Below are positions 1 to 12,336 of a stretch of 64,000 nt of DNA, piece after piece. This DNA comes from Malacoraja senta (Eukaryota): contig CM075979.1 in NCBI GenBank assembly GCA_038087875.1, forward strand, positions 39,432,001 through 39,496,000. Direction: 5' to 3'. Below the pieces are notes generated by a model, which saw nothing but the letters and a program-made list of their open reading frames with translations, did no database searches and was not told the DNA's origin. How positions within the stretch are numbered: position 1 is the stretch's first letter; each line of letters starts with the position of its first letter. The position numbers and the translations under genes were made by a program.

Positions 1-54
1 GCCCATGGCTGTGGGTTTCCTCCTCTCCACTTGAGTACTCTTCTCTTGGGATTG

Positions 55-1015
55 TTGTTTGTCATGTACATCAATGATCTGGATGATGGTGTGGAAAATG
101 CAGATGATACTAAGATAGGTGTGTTGTGGATAATGAAGTAGATTTTCAAAGCCTACAGAGAGATTTAGGCCATTTGGAAGAGTGGGCTGCAGGAGGTGAG
201 ATGGAGTTTAATGCTGATAAATGTGAGGTGCTACATCTTGGCAGGACAAATCAAAATAGGACGTACATGGTAAATGGTAGCGAATTGAGGAATGCAGTTG
301 AACAGAGGGATCTAGGAATAAATGTGCATAGTTCCCTGAAGGTGGAATCTCATGTGAGATAGGGTGGTAAAGAAAGCTTTTGGTGTGCTGGCCTTTATAA
401 ATCAGAGCATTGAGTATAGAAGTTGGGATGTAATGTTAAAATTGTACAAGGCATTGGTGAGGACAATTCTGGAGTATGGAGTACAATTTTGGTCGCCTAA
501 TTATAGGAAGGATGTCAACAAAATAGAGAGTACAGAGGAGATTTACGAGAATGTTGCCTGGGTTTCAGCAACTAAATTACAGAGAAAGGCTGAACAAGTA
601 GGTCTTTATTCTTTGGAGCGCAGAAGGTTAAGGGGGGACTTGATAGAGGTCTTTAAAATGATGAGAGGGATAGACAGAGTTGACGTGGATAAGCTTTTCC
701 CATTGGTAGTAGGGAAGATTCAAGCAAGAGGACATGACTTGAGAATTAAGGGACAGAAGTTTAGGGGTAACATTAGGGGGAACTTCTTTACTCAGAGAGT
801 GGTAGTTGTGTGGAATGAGCTTCCAGTGGAAGTGGTGGAGCAGGTTCGATTTTATCATTTAAAAATAGATTGGATGGGTATATGGACGAGAAAGGAATGG
901 AGGGTTAGGGGTTATGAGTGCAGGTAGATGGGACTAGGGGAGAAAAAGTGTTCGGCATGGACTTGAAGGGCCGAGATGGCCTGTTTCCATGCTGTAATTG
1001 TTATATGGTATATAG
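55..1015 (+). mobile_element. CR1-clade LINE 3' fragment (end of RT to 3' UTR), frameshifted
   Basis: MEFNADKCEVLHLG, LYKALVRxxLEYGVQFWSP, LERRRLRGDLIEVFK and FFTQRVVxVWNELP are CR1 ORF2 C-terminal motifs. Confidence 0.9.
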
Positions 1016-1032
1016 TTATCTCACCCCACTGC

Positions 1033-1362
1033 TCAGCAGGCTGGATTGGAAAAGGGTGCAGAGCGGAGAAAGGCAGTCATGGCCAAACCTCTCCCAAATT
1101 CCCCCACATACTGTGGCCTCGCAGGGAAGTGGGAATCTTCTGGCACCTGGATGCTGCTGAAGGTGATCTGTCCTGACATGGGCTGATAACCTGGGGGAGC
1201 TGAGAGAAAGGCAGCCTCTGGTCTATTGTAAAATTGTAAAAGGATTCCTGCATTCTGTTTGATACTTGTGCTGGACTTGGAAATCTTACCATACTTCTGC
1301 CCTGGAGGAGCATGAGGTTGCCTGTGCATGTAGGCTGTTGACATTGCCTCAAACCAAGCAGT
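1033..1362 (-). CDS. AGBL2: Possible AGBL2 late or terminal exon (TAWFEAMSTAYMHRQ...); may instead end at the donor at 1290
   Basis: Strong acceptor tttctcttgctttgcag| in phase 0, open to TGA at 1033; internal donor TATG|gtaaga at 1290. Confidence 0.45.
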   Translation of the reverse strand, partial: TAWFEAMSTAYMHRQPHAPPGQKYGKISKSSTSIKQNAGILLQFYNRPEAAFLSAPPGYQPMSGQITFSSIQVPEDSHFPARPQYVGEFGRGLAMTAFLRSAPFSNPAC

Positions 1363-1399
1363 CTGCAAAGCAAGAGAAATATCTATCAAAGACAACGCA

Positions 1400-1560
1400 G
1401 CATTGTAGTTAAGGCACTGGATCAGCAGCTACAGCCCTTGACTCCTGACCCAGAGTCAAGCGCAAGTCCCAGCATAGCAGCTAGGAAGTTTATATTGAAC
1501 AATTGAAATAAAAATCTGAAAATTGAGAAAAGTTGTCTCAGTAACAGCAGCCATGACTGG
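1400..1560 (+). mobile_element. Degenerate Deu-domain/SacSINE1-like SINE fragment (related copy at about 19495-19630)
   Basis: tRNA-like head followed by aaataaaaatctgaaaatt...gtctcagtaac...ccatga, resembling the Deu/SacSINE core; recognised from memory. Confidence 0.5.
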
Positions 1561-1564
1561 ATTG

Positions 1565-1950
1565 GAGAAACATGAAACTGTAGATGCTCGTTTACAAGTG
1601 CTGGAGTAACTCAGTGGGTGAGGCAACATCTCTGGAGAACATGGATAGGTGTCGTTTCGGGATTGGGACCCATCTTCAGACTGATTGTGGGGGGGGGGGG
1701 GGGGGGGGGGCTGAAGAAAACTGGAAGAGACGAGGGGCAGGACAATGAAGATGGGTCTCGACCCGAAATGTCACCTAATCCTTTTCTCCAGAGATGCTGC
1801 CTGACCCGCTGAGTTACTTCAGCTTTTTGTGTCTATCTATGGGCAGGACAATGCCTGGCAGATAATAAGTTGATACAGGTGAGGGGGATTTGATAGGCAG
1901 ATGGTTAGACAAAGGCCAGAGATGAAAAGACAGACGGTGTGAGACAAAAG
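1565..1950 (-). mobile_element. Penelope-like terminal fragment with a hammerhead-like motif, containing an inverted 93-nt copy (1748-1840) flanked by 13-bp direct repeats
   Basis: Minus-strand ctgaagatgggtcccaatcccgaaac; plus-strand tgaagatgggtctcgacccgaaatgtcacc; gggcaggacaatg at 1735-1747 and 1841-1853. Confidence 0.75.
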
Positions 1951-2031
1951 GATAGAAGGAATGGGAATGGGACTTTCTTACTTGGAGCGTAGGAGACTGA
2001 AGGGTGGTCTTGTAGTATGCAAAATCACGTG

Positions 2032-2240
2032 AATCTCTGCGTCAGAGGGCGGTGGAGGCAGGTTCTCTGGATGCTTTCAAGAGAGAGCTAGATAGGGCTC
2101 TTAAAAATAGCGGAGTCAGGGGATATGGGGAGAAGGCAGGAACGGGGTACTGGTTGGGGATGATCAGCCATGATCACATTGAATGGTGGTGCTGGCTCGA
2201 AGGGCCGAATGGCCTACTCCTGCACCTATTGTCTATTGTC
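2032..2240 (+). mobile_element. Young CR1 3' end with (CTATTGT)n tail, nested in an older CR1 (about 1965-2550)
   Basis: Nearly identical to the copies at 16117-16615, 33601-33918 and 8743-8938. Confidence 0.85.
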
Positions 2241-2913
2241 TAATGCACACATATTTTCTCCCATGGCTGGAGAATTGTGAATTAGATCGAAGAGGTTTAT
2301 GGTGAGAGTGGAAATGTACAACTTTGAGGGGCAGCTTTTTCACAGAGAGGGTGGTATGTCTATGGAGTGAGCTACCAAAGGAAGTGGTTGCGGCTGATAT
2401 GAAAACAACATTTAAAGGACATTTAGGCAGGTACAAGGAGAGGAAGATACGAGTCAGACTTGGGTCAATGGGACGACCATAGATGGCTATCTTGATCGGC
2501 ATGGGCTGGAAGGACCAAAGGGCCTGTTTCCATGTGTATGAATCTATGACCCTGTCTCTTTACTGTGCGGGATCATGATGTGCACAAACTATTGCTGCTT
2601 ATACTTCCCAATTTGAGACAATGATGCCACTTCAAATGTAAGGGAGTAAAAGAGGTTGGGACTGTGGTGGAGAGGAGCGTCAGGCAACCACAACAGCCTC
2701 CTCAGTGATGGGGACAGGATCAATGGTGGGATAAGGGGGTCTGTGGTGAGGTACGAGGTCTGTAATGGGGTACGGGGTCTGTTGTGTCTGACTGGGTCAG
2801 ACATATCTTCATGAATGCAACTAGAGGAGAAGAAGAAACCCACACCATCGGGCTGATTTCACCGAGATTGGCATGGAATATCAGCTCAGAATCCAGGTAT
2901 TGTGGTGTTCCAC

Positions 2914-2982
2914 GTGCCCATGCACTGGGAGTTGGTGTCTCCCCAGTGCCCATGCACTTGGAGCTGGGGTTTCCCAGTGCCC
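2914..2982. repeat. Short tandem repeat, about 32-bp unit, 2.2 copies
   Basis: gtgccc recurs at 2914, 2946 and 2977 with a similar unit between. Confidence 0.8.
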
Positions 2983-3062
2983 ACTAATTGGGGGTCAAGA
3001 CTTGGTTTTGTTTGGGGCAGATTGTTACCCTCTGCGACTTCCATTTGTTTCCAAAGACATAC

Positions 3063-3170
3063 CTTGTTTTTGGTGTTTACACTACAGATAACAGAGAGTC
3101 CACTTGCAGTGTTTGGTATCCACGGGGGTGGTTTCAGAACCTGGTCCCTGTGTGTGTGTTGCAGCTGTGC
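3063..3170 (-). CDS. AGBL2: Possible AGBL2 C-terminal exon (AQLQHTHRDQVLKPPPWIPNTASGLSVICSVNTKNK)
   Basis: Acceptor cttgttcctag|, donor AAG|gtatgt; 108 nt, phase 0, no stop. No conserved motif recognised. Confidence 0.5.
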
Positions 3171-5074
3171 CTAGGAACAAGTTCAGACAAGGAGCAGAGG
3201 TCTTAGTAAGACACGACTCCAACAAAACATAATCTCACCTGGGGAGAACAGTAACTAAGCATCCACAAAGGGTCTAAAACCATCTTCCAGCACTGGGGCC
3301 ATCGTTCTGCAGGTCACGGCTTCATTTCTATGTGATAAAGGCCTCTGCTCTCCCATCATTTCAGGCAGCGAGTTCCTGCACCCACCACCCTTTAATCCCT
3401 CCTCTCATCCTTCTTACAATTACTTCAAATCAATGACTCTTAGGTTTTGACGCCTCTGTAATGGAGATATGGTAAATAGCAAAGTCCTATCTTGGATTCT
3501 ACTCACATAAATGCAATCTACTTCACAAACTTTCATTTGATCATTGTCTAAAATGGTCCACTGTACCTGCCCTCTGATCTTAGGTAACATAAATAAAATG
3601 CTGGAAGATTCTCAGCCTGTCAAGTAACATCTTGATTCTTCCTCCGAACTTTATGGAATAGTGGAGGGTTACAGTTTTCAAAGCAGTTGGGTGGAGGAGT
3701 GAGCGCACAATAGAAGACTACTCTGAGGTTGGTTAAGACAGATCATATGAACATGAGTACTGACCACTGGGAAGGATTCTAAAGAAACAGCGAGAAAGGG
3801 ATATCAACGATTCTAGAGCGATAGAACATATGAATGTACCTGTTAAGGGGCATAAGTATGAGGTAAAGTACGTAGAAGTACAACTCATCTTCCGTCTTGG
3901 CATTTTGCAACCATTTGGAATGAGCACTGAATTTTCCTTCAGGTAAACCGCTGTCTCATTCCCCATTATCATGCCCTGCCCTGCCCTATCGCTGCAACCC
4001 TCTGACATACCCGCGGCCTTTTAATTCCACGATTAAACATTCTCAAATGTAGTCAATCCACCACTGGCATATATATGTCTTCAGTTGCCTGGCCCTAAAC
4101 TCTGGGATTCCTGCTTGTTCCCCCACTCAGCTCAGAAAAGCTACCACCTTGACAGGCTCACATCTCCTGATGTGACTCTGCATGCATCAGCTTTTATTGA
4201 ACAACACTCTTGTGTACGACTACAGGACATTCTGCTATCTTCGAGGGTGCTGCACAATTTGAAGTTACGCCATTGGTAACATTGGGACGATGAGAAAGAT
4301 GATCAGCGTTTGTCCAGATGGGGCACAGCCATGGTCTCTGCTATGAGTAGACAGCCCAATGACATTCCTGTCATTCAGTAAACAATTACTGCCCATTGTC
4401 TGAGGCACCACATCTTGTTGAGCAGAAATCTCCAGGTTAAGTGTTGTGAATGGTAACTATTGAGGATGAAGGTTCACTCTTCGTTACTGGTGTCATACAT
4501 GGAAAACCTGCTGTGTGCATTCAAAGGACAGATCACAGACGTTACACTTGGGTGAGCTCGAGTGAATAAGATGAGGCTCATGTTCACTATACCTTGGCCA
4601 TTATTGCCTTGGCTTTTCCTGTTTTTTCAAAGTTGATTGGGGATTCGTTCTCCGTTTTCTTGCCCGAAGCCTTTATTAAATACGCAAGATGAAACAAAGT
4701 AAATACTTTGAGATGGTCATTTAAGATAGATAAGGCAGGGCATGATTATAGCTGAGGGAGGGTTTGTGTGGAAGCTCAATGTTTTGGGATACAAATGCTG
4801 CAGGATGGATAGAAAAGGAAGTAAGAGAGAAGGTGAAGTTGAGTTTTTGATTGAGAGAACATCACAGCAGTACTTAGAGAGGATATTCATGGAGGATCGT
4901 TCAAGGAGAGTGTATAGAGGAACTGAAAAATAAGAAAGGGTGATCACTTCGATGGGTTGCACTATAGGTTCCCCAATAGTCAGCAGGAGTTAGAGGAGGA
5001 AATGTGTAGGGAGATCATAGGCAGATGTGAGATTAATGGAATAGATGGAGAATAGTAGAGGATTTTAACTTTCC

Positions 5075-5330
5075 AGCGGTAGAGTTGCTGCCTTACTACA
5101 GGTGCTGTCTGTACGGAGTTTGTACGTTCTCCCCGTGACCTGCGTGGGTTTTCTCCGAAATCTTCAGCCTCCTCCCATGCTCCAAAGACGTACAGGTTTG
5201 TAGGTTAATTGGGTATAGTGTAAATTGTCCCTAGTGTAGAATGGTGTTATTGTGCGGGGATCGCTGCTCGGCGCCGATCCGGTGGGCCAAAGGGCCTGTT
5301 TCCGCGCTGTATCTCTAAACTAAACTAAAA
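5075..5330 (+). mobile_element. V-SINE (HE1/MER6-like) with CR1-derived 3' end and (CTAAA)n tail
   Basis: V-domain ggagtttgtacgttctccccgtgacctgcgtgggtttt...ccaaagacgtacaggtt; tail ctaaactaaactaaa. Other copies at about 8620-9000 (+), 25210-25345, 26890-27175, 29650-29955, 34355-34610 and 57950-58250 (-). Confidence 0.8.
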
Positions 5331-5554
5331 CAAACAAGGGCTTGGATGGTGTGGAGTTTGTTCTTAAGTAACTTAAGAAATCTTCTTAAGTAACATGTGG
5401 ATGAAAAAGGGCAAAAAAACATCCCAGGCCCTCATGGACTACTTCCTCCAACCTCCACACAACTCCTCTCCAGATCCTCACTCATCACCACCATACCCCT
5501 GTCCGTCCCAGTTCCATTGAGCCCCCACCTCTCACGGTGACACTGAGTGAATGA

Positions 5555-5705
5555 TCCCCTCCCCCCTCCTCCCCCCCTACCCTCCCCCTTCCCTCCCATT
5601 CCCTCCCCTCCCCCCACCCCTCACCCCCTCCCCCCTCCCCTCATCCCCCCCTCCCCCCTCACCCTCCCTTCCCTCCCCTCACCCCCTCACCCCCTCCTCC
5701 CCTGC
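5555..5705. repeat. C-rich low-complexity tract (G-rich on the AGBL2 sense strand) just after a donor site
   Basis: Runs of cccct/ccccc. Confidence 0.9.
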
Positions 5706-5710
5706 CTCAC

Positions 5711-5818
5711 CGTCGGGTGTTTCAGTGGAGCCGGCGGGGAGAAGCCAGTGAAGAAGTGACGCTGCCTCAGTCGGTTCCTTTCCTTTCTGCTCCTCAGCCG
5801 CTTCTTCCTCAGGCGACA
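5711..5818 (-). CDS. AGBL2: AGBL2 exon (CRLRKKRLRSRKERNRLRQRHFFTGFSPPAPLKHPT), basic NLS-like segment
   Basis: Acceptor cccatgtacag|, donor ACG|gtgagg; 108 nt, phase 0 to 0; resembles the KKxLxSRKxRN motif of CCP2/3. Confidence 0.85.
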
Positions 5819-6239
5819 CTGTACATGGGAAGCAGGGGTTAGACCGGGTCCCACCACGGCACCCAAACTCTGCTGGGCCATGTCACACACCAGCTCACAG
5901 CCATCCCCACGCCCACCGCTACCTACACCTTGCTTTGGCATTCGGGAGCTTGGGACCCTGGAGGACACAGTGACAATCTGCCTCCCACCACCTCCTGCTG
6001 GTTGCTGCTGCAAGGGCAAAGGACCACATTCAAACCACCAGTCTTACTGATGACTAATGGGCACCTTTGTGCGGGACATCAGGAGAATTTGACTGCTCTT
6101 GTTCAGTGAGTGAAGGACCACACGCAGTGGACCAATGAGTGGCAGTGTATAAACAGTGCAGAGGGTGATGGGTGGCAGGGTGTGTGTATAAACAGTGTCA
6201 GTCGCAGCAGGGAGCCTGTGTAAACAGTGCAGTGTCATA

Positions 6240-6968
6240 TTCAAGTTCAAGTTCCAGTTCATGTTTATTGCCACTTAACCAATTAAGGTACAGTGAAATT
6301 TGAGTTACCATATAGCCATACTAAGTGAAAAGCAACAATACACACAGCCACATAAAATAAAATTTAACATAAACATCCACCACAGTGGAATCCACATTCC
6401 TCACTATGATGGAAGGCAATAACTTTCAATCATCTTCCTCCTTTGTTCAACCCTGGTCGGGGCCTTTGAACCCTCCGCACTTGCTGTTGCTGACGATCCG
6501 CTGTTCAAGCCCTCTCGTCGGGATGATCGAAACTCCGGCGTCGGGATGGATCGGAACACTCCGCGCATGGAGCTCCCGAATTGGCTTCTTCTTACTGGAG
6601 ACCGCGGCTTCACGGTGTTAAAGTCCACAGCGGTCGGAGCTCCGCTGGCGACCCTCGGCAAAGGATCGCAGCTCCCGATGTTAAAGTCCACGCCGCGCCA
6701 TGGCTTGAAGCTCCAGGCCGGTCTCCAGGAAAGGCCGCACCACTCCACGTTGTTAGGCCGCAGGGGGGACAGAGAAAAATTGCATCTTCGTCGAGGTAAG
6801 TGATTGAAAAAGGTTTCCCCCCCATTCCCCCACCCACTTAATTCCCCCACATAAAACAAACCAAGAAACACTAAATCATACTTTTAAAACATACTTAAAA
6901 TAATATAAACAGAGAGGGGACTGACAGACTGTTGGCGAGGCAGCAACTGCGGTGGCGCCACCCGATGG
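6240..6968 (-). mobile_element. Non-autonomous non-LTR element with (TTGAAC)n tail, possibly Rex1/Babar-associated
   Basis: Minus-strand 3' end caataaacatgaactggaacttgaacttgaa; CpG-rich body. A related 3' end with (CTCTTGAA)n is at about 14915-15063 (+). Confidence 0.5.
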
Positions 6969-7501
6969 AATGTGTAAACAATGTGTAAACAGTGGAGAGT
7001 ATCAGCAGGGGAGGGCCTCATGACTCTAAGTACAATGTTCCCACCCAGTTCTGTAACAGTGTACCCTCACAATACCCTGGCTTCTTTCCCAGTTTTTCCG
7101 TCTGTCAGCCAGCACATTGAGTGTTGGCCAGCTGAGTGAGTCACCAGGGGTGATGAAGTGCTAGTCTCAGCTCACATTCTCTTTAATCACCACTATCCAA
7201 TGATTCAAGTGCGTAGGGGCCAGAGAGACCCAGGGTGTCTCCCCGCCCCCTGCTCCCTCACCTCTAAACTGGAGCAGTTGGGTCTTCACACGTAATATGA
7301 TAATTTACCCAGGGCAGAGATGGGGTAAAAAAGGGCAAGTGAGCTGGGACTATGCTCCTGTTCACTCCTGGCGATTCATCGAAGACAGAGTTGAAAATGA
7401 AGGGTTTGCTTTTGTGATTGGATTGTGATCCCAAAATTGTTCACGTGTACTCCTGGCCTGGCCACAAACATGTTGACCACTAACAAAAGTCTATCTCCTA
7501 C

Positions 7502-7568
7502 CTTTGCTGCCAGCCTCATCAAATGTGCGGGAGGTCCATCTGACTCAGTGCTGTTTGATCCACTGGTG
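7502..7568 (-). CDS. AGBL2: AGBL2 exon (STSGSNSTESDGPPAHLMRLAAK)
   Basis: Acceptor ttttttttaacag|, donor AAG|gtagga; 67 nt, phase 2 to 0; TSGSxSxxSDGxPxHL motif. Confidence 0.92.
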
Positions 7569-8057
7569 CTGTTAAAAAAAAGGAGTGAATGTAACATCAA
7601 CAAATTTCAAAATGGCAGCAAGAATTCTCCCAACAGAAAATCGATACCTTACACACCCATCCCACTAAACTAGGCACATGCACGGACCACTCAATCACCC
7701 TGTTCACAGCCAGCCACTTTTTAAATACCCTTCCCGTACACAAACCACTCTTCACAGACACAGAAATCCTTCCCTGAACACAGCTCACTGTCCACAGACA
7801 CAGACCTTAATCTATGTACATTTTGTTTCCCCATAGTAGAGGTGTCTCACAGACCCACACTAGTTAACAAACAAAAAGTGCTGAAGAAACTCAGTGGATC
7901 AGGCAGCATTTCTGGAGAACATGTATCGGTGATGTCTTGACCTGCTGAATTACTCCAGCACTTTGTGGTTTGTTTTGTAAACCAGCATCCTCAGTTCTAG
8001 TTTCTACTGGCACCGTTAACTGCCTAAGGAGTTTGTACAGATTGTCGCTCAGAGGCC

Positions 8058-8615
8058 ATAAGGAATAGGAGTAGAATTAGGCCATTCGGCCCATCAAGTC
8101 TACTGCGCAATTCAATCATGGCTGATCCATCTCTCCTAACCCCATTCTCCAGCCTTCTCCCATAACCTCTGACACATGTCCTAATCAAGAATCTATCTAT
8201 CTCTGCCTTAAAAATATCCACTGACTTGGCCTCTACAGCCTTCTGTGGAAAAGAACGCCACAGATTCACCACCCTCTGACTGAAGAAATTTCTCCTCATC
8301 TCATTCCTAGAAGAACGTCCTTTAATTCTGAGGCTATGACCTCTAGTTCCAGACTCTCCCACTAATGGAAACATCCTCTCCACATCCTCTCTTTCCAAGC
8401 CTTTCACTATTCTGTATGTTTCAATGAGGTCTCCCTTCATTCTTTTAAACTCCAGCGAGTACGGGCCCAGTGCCGACAAACGCTCATTTCTGGGAACATT
8501 CTTGTAAACCTTCTCTGGACCCTCTCCAGGGCCAGCACATCCTTTATCAGATATATTGCCCAAAATTGCTCACAATATTCCAAATGTGGCCTTACCAGCG
8601 CCTTATAGAGCCTCA
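8058..8615 (-). mobile_element. CR1-clade LINE 3' fragment
   Basis: ORF 8024-8563 has [18 protein letters not shown] and FFSQRVVNLW. Confidence 0.88.
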
Positions 8616-9747
8616 ACCTGGGATCTCCCGTTTTCTCCCAAACTCAAAAAACTTACAGGTTTGTAGGCTAATTGGATTGGTGTAAAGGTAAATTATCCCT
8701 AGTGTGTGTAGGATTGTGCTAATGTGCGGTGATCGCTGGTAGAATTCTCTGCCTCAGAGGGCGGTGGAGGCCGGTTCTCTGGATACTTTCAAGAGAGAGC
8801 TAAAGGTGGCGGAGTCAGGGGATATGGGGAGAAGGCAGGAACGGGGTACTGATTGTGGATGATCAGCCATGATCACATTGAATGGCAGTGCTGGCTCGAA
8901 TGGCCGAATGGCCTACTCCTGCACCTATTGTCTATTGTAGGCGCGGACTCAGTGGGCCGAAGGGCCTGTTTCCGCACTGTATCTCTAAACTAAACTAAAT
9001 TAGAAGCACAGACCCATAGAAATTTAGTTTGAGCACAACCTCAAAACATTATCTGTAGTGGAGAGGTTATGTGATGCCCGCAAGGCTTAGGGATCACTCT
9101 GCCATCCTTCTGGTCACAAGGACCCTCAGACGCAGTACTGAGTGGGTATGGGCGCAGTTGGTGGGGTGGATGGATGGACTCTGGTGTGAGACTGGGGAAG
9201 CAGCCGCTGCTCGATATCACAGTTCCTAATAAATTTAGTGGGTCAGGTGAGGCAGTGTGAATGGTGGCAATGCCTCCAAATGTCATACGACAATAAAGGA
9301 AGCCATTTCATCTCATTGGTGCCCATGTCGACTTGCATTCCCCACTAATTTTCCCTGTGGTATTCCAAAAAAAGGATCACTCAGGGCAAGTCATCGTCTA
9401 TGGAAAACCACAAACTCTGTGGGTACACAATCATTGGTGTATCTTCTGAGAGACAGGGTGTAGGACAGATCCCTCCGAGCGTCACCATGGGTGCTGATCT
9501 GATCTCCAAGGTGTACATAGAACATTTGGTACTTGATTGTGGAATAATTAGTTGCAGGGTTTTTACGGAGCACATCTCGAGAGATGGAGTTACAGCGTGG
9601 AAACAGTCTCTTCAGCCGACCCAATTCACATGACCATCAACCGCCCGTTTACACCGAGCCCAGTAACAGAGCCACTCTGCTACCATACCCATCACTGCTT
9701 TCTCTGTATCACACCCAACACGGGCTATATTTGAGCTGTGCTCATAC

Positions 9748-9878
9748 CTTGACTCCAAGTCTGATAAAGTGAGATCACTGAGCGCCATATCTGAATTATA
9801 TTCCTGGCCCAGCTTCTCCAGACGCTGGCACACCTCCTTTTGTAGAGCTGCACGCACCTCTGCCAGGCACTGTTCAAA
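9748..9878 (-). CDS. AGBL2: AGBL2 exon (FEQCLAEVRAALQKEVCQRLEKLGQEYNSDMALSDLTLSDLES)
   Basis: Acceptor cgttctttag|, donor AAG|gtatga; 131 nt, phase 0 to 2. Confidence 0.93.
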
Positions 9879-10250
9879 CTAAAGAACGCGAGAGAAACAA
9901 GAAATCAATGCCTTTTGTGCACGGACAAGCAAATCACATATACTGGCTGTACAGAGGTGTACATGTCACATCACCTAACTTTACACACCAGCTACATGTC
10001 ATATACACATGCTAACGCATGTCAGACACGCATCATACCTTGACACTGTCACGTGTGCGTGCATGTGTTCACAGACACCCACACACAGGTTATGATCAAA
10101 ACGACAATTTGCGTGTGGAATGTTTATAGTATGTTACATGTTTATGCACACAGGGGTTGAGAAATTGTGGACATTAATACAGGCAGGAAAGCAGCTTGTT
10201 AACACACACATGGCGGTCGGTGCCTGAGCTCCGAGAGGGGTGAGGCTGAC

Positions 10251-10351
10251 CTTGGAGTGATCCGGGTCACAGAAATCCAGCAGAGTGTCACAGAAGTGAT
10301 ATCCCAGAGACTTGAGGTCTTCTGTGCTGAAGTGGGTGGCCCTGCGGTTGC
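10251..10351 (-). CDS. AGBL2: AGBL2 exon (NRRATHFSTEDLKSLGYHFCDTLLDFCDPDHSK)
   Basis: Acceptor catttaacag|, donor AAG|gtcagc; 101 nt, phase 1 to 0. Confidence 0.95.
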
Positions 10352-10490
10352 CTGTTAAATGGGTACAATTAACAACTTTGTAAAAAAGCAGACAACATCT
10401 CCACACTGCATTTAATAAAAATTGCAACAGGTGTCCTAAATTTTCTGAGGCGCAACTTTTATCATTGTTCAACTTCTGTCAAGGTGAAGC

Positions 10491-11023
10491 TATACTTCAC
10501 CCTCGTTAGACCTCATTTGGACTACGCAGTTGCAGCATGGGACCCATACACAAATAAAAACAATTCTTCCATCGAACGTGTCCAAAGACAGGCAGCTCGA
10601 TTTGTTACTAACACCTATGAGAGAGCACCAAACTTCTGAATTCTCTGGGGTGGAACCCTCTCCAAGACAGACGTGAAGCTCACCGTTTGACCTGTTTTTA
10701 CAAAATGTTAAATGGTCAGCTCGACGTCGATTACAAGACCTACACCAAACCCAAATCAACTTGGAGCAGACGAGGGCATTCGATCCAAATTGTGATTCCA
10801 GCTACCAAGACAGATGTGTACAGCAATTCGTTCTTCCCCCGCACAATTAAAGCATGGAATAATCTCCACCCTACTTTAGTTACCCAACCAGATGCAACTA
10901 AATTTAAGGTAGCTCTTTCTTCCCAAAAACCCTTTCTGGCTTAAGTCCTCCCTCCACCACCTCCAGTTTAAATTCCATTAGGAATATTTTGGAGGACCAA
11001 GAAACCAAGAACCAAGAACCAAG
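10491..11023 (+). mobile_element. Divergent CR1/L2-group LINE 3' fragment with (AACCAAG)n tail
   Basis: Encodes LVRPHLDYAVAAWDPY, IERVQRQAARFV and YSNSFFPRTIKAWNNL; tail accaagaaaccaagaaccaagaaccaag. Confidence 0.8.
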
Positions 11024-12336
11024 CTCAGCTCCAACCTCAGCAAAGACCTTATCCTCCCGTCTCCTCTGCCAGATGTATGGCTACAATTAATGCTCGGGTC
11101 TTAGGGAGTACTGACGAAGAAAGGGCTTTGGTGCATGAATCCAAAGATCCCTGAGATGCACCAGGATATTGATTGAGATCGAGCATCTCTCTTCCTGGAT
11201 GGGCTGGGTTCCCTGGAGTGTTGAAGGCTGAGGGGGAACCTGATAGCAGTGTACAGAATTATGAGGCACAGATAGTGTAGAGAATGGCAAACCTTTCCCC
11301 CCTCAGTAGAGGCGTCCATAAACAGAGGTTTAAGGTGGGGAGTAACAGGTTTAGAGGGAACATAAGGAATATTTAATTGGAATTTGGAACGCACTGCCTG
11401 TGTCTGTAAGAGCACTTGGATCGCTAAGGTAGTGAAGGCACTGGAACAAGTGCTGATAAACGGGTTCAGTATGGATGGGTACTCAATGGTCAGTATGGAT
11501 GAGTGGCCTGAAGGGTCTTGTGTCTGTGTTGTACGACCCTGTGAGTCCATGTCCATTTCCATTTGAAGGCTGCAGCTGCCTGCATGGGAACAGTGGTGAC
11601 ATTGTCACATCTTCTCTCTGTGCAGCAGGGACAGGGCAGTACTCAGGGTAACGAGCCTGAAACACACACTGTCGCTGTAACAAGCCCTGCCCAGCACCAT
11701 CCGCCAACTCCTCCGCTAGAACATCCTTTCCGCTGGGGCTGTTTCTGTCCCTTTGGGGCTGCATGGCCTACCGAGTGGTTCCAGCACGATCTAATTTTTC
11801 CCCTGGTCTCCCATGAACTCCATGGCTCACCAACTTCATTTTATCTCAGGCTCCTGATCCCTGCCCCTAATGTTCATCACCAACGCCTGACATGAAGCAA
11901 GGAGTTAGCTCCACGCCAGGCCAGCTCCTCGCTCCATCTATCCATGACCTGTAAATGCCACTGTGGCACTGACAGATGAACCCAGCTTCTCTCACACACA
12001 TGCACGTATGCACTGTACACTCGTGAACACACATTCAGACACTCATGCACATATATGCACACCCACTCGCACACTCAGATGCAAGACATGGTCACACACA
12101 CACAGACAGTGACTTCTACCCTAAAGATGCAGAGCTACTCACCAGTGGTAAACCTGTAGGCTGACAAGAGACACTGGTGGAGTGTTGATGTCAAAGCATG
12201 GGGTCAGTGGCTGGGAAGAATGTATGGACAACACTTGTCTGAAGCAGGTCACTGCCCTTTTGACAGCATGAGCAGAAAATACCAGTAGGTTCACGACTGA
12301 ATGTTGGGAATACGGAAAGATGGAGCTCTCACTCAC

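Noticed and set aside
126-927. ORFs at 126-927 and similar ORFs (16119, 30769, 51745) as host genes
   Set aside because: They are fragments of CR1 or L1 ORF2 with frameshifts, TSDs or retroelement tails.
5075-5180. tRNA gene-like sequence
   Set aside because: It is a degenerate V-SINE head followed by the V-domain and a CR1-type tail; no complete cloverleaf.
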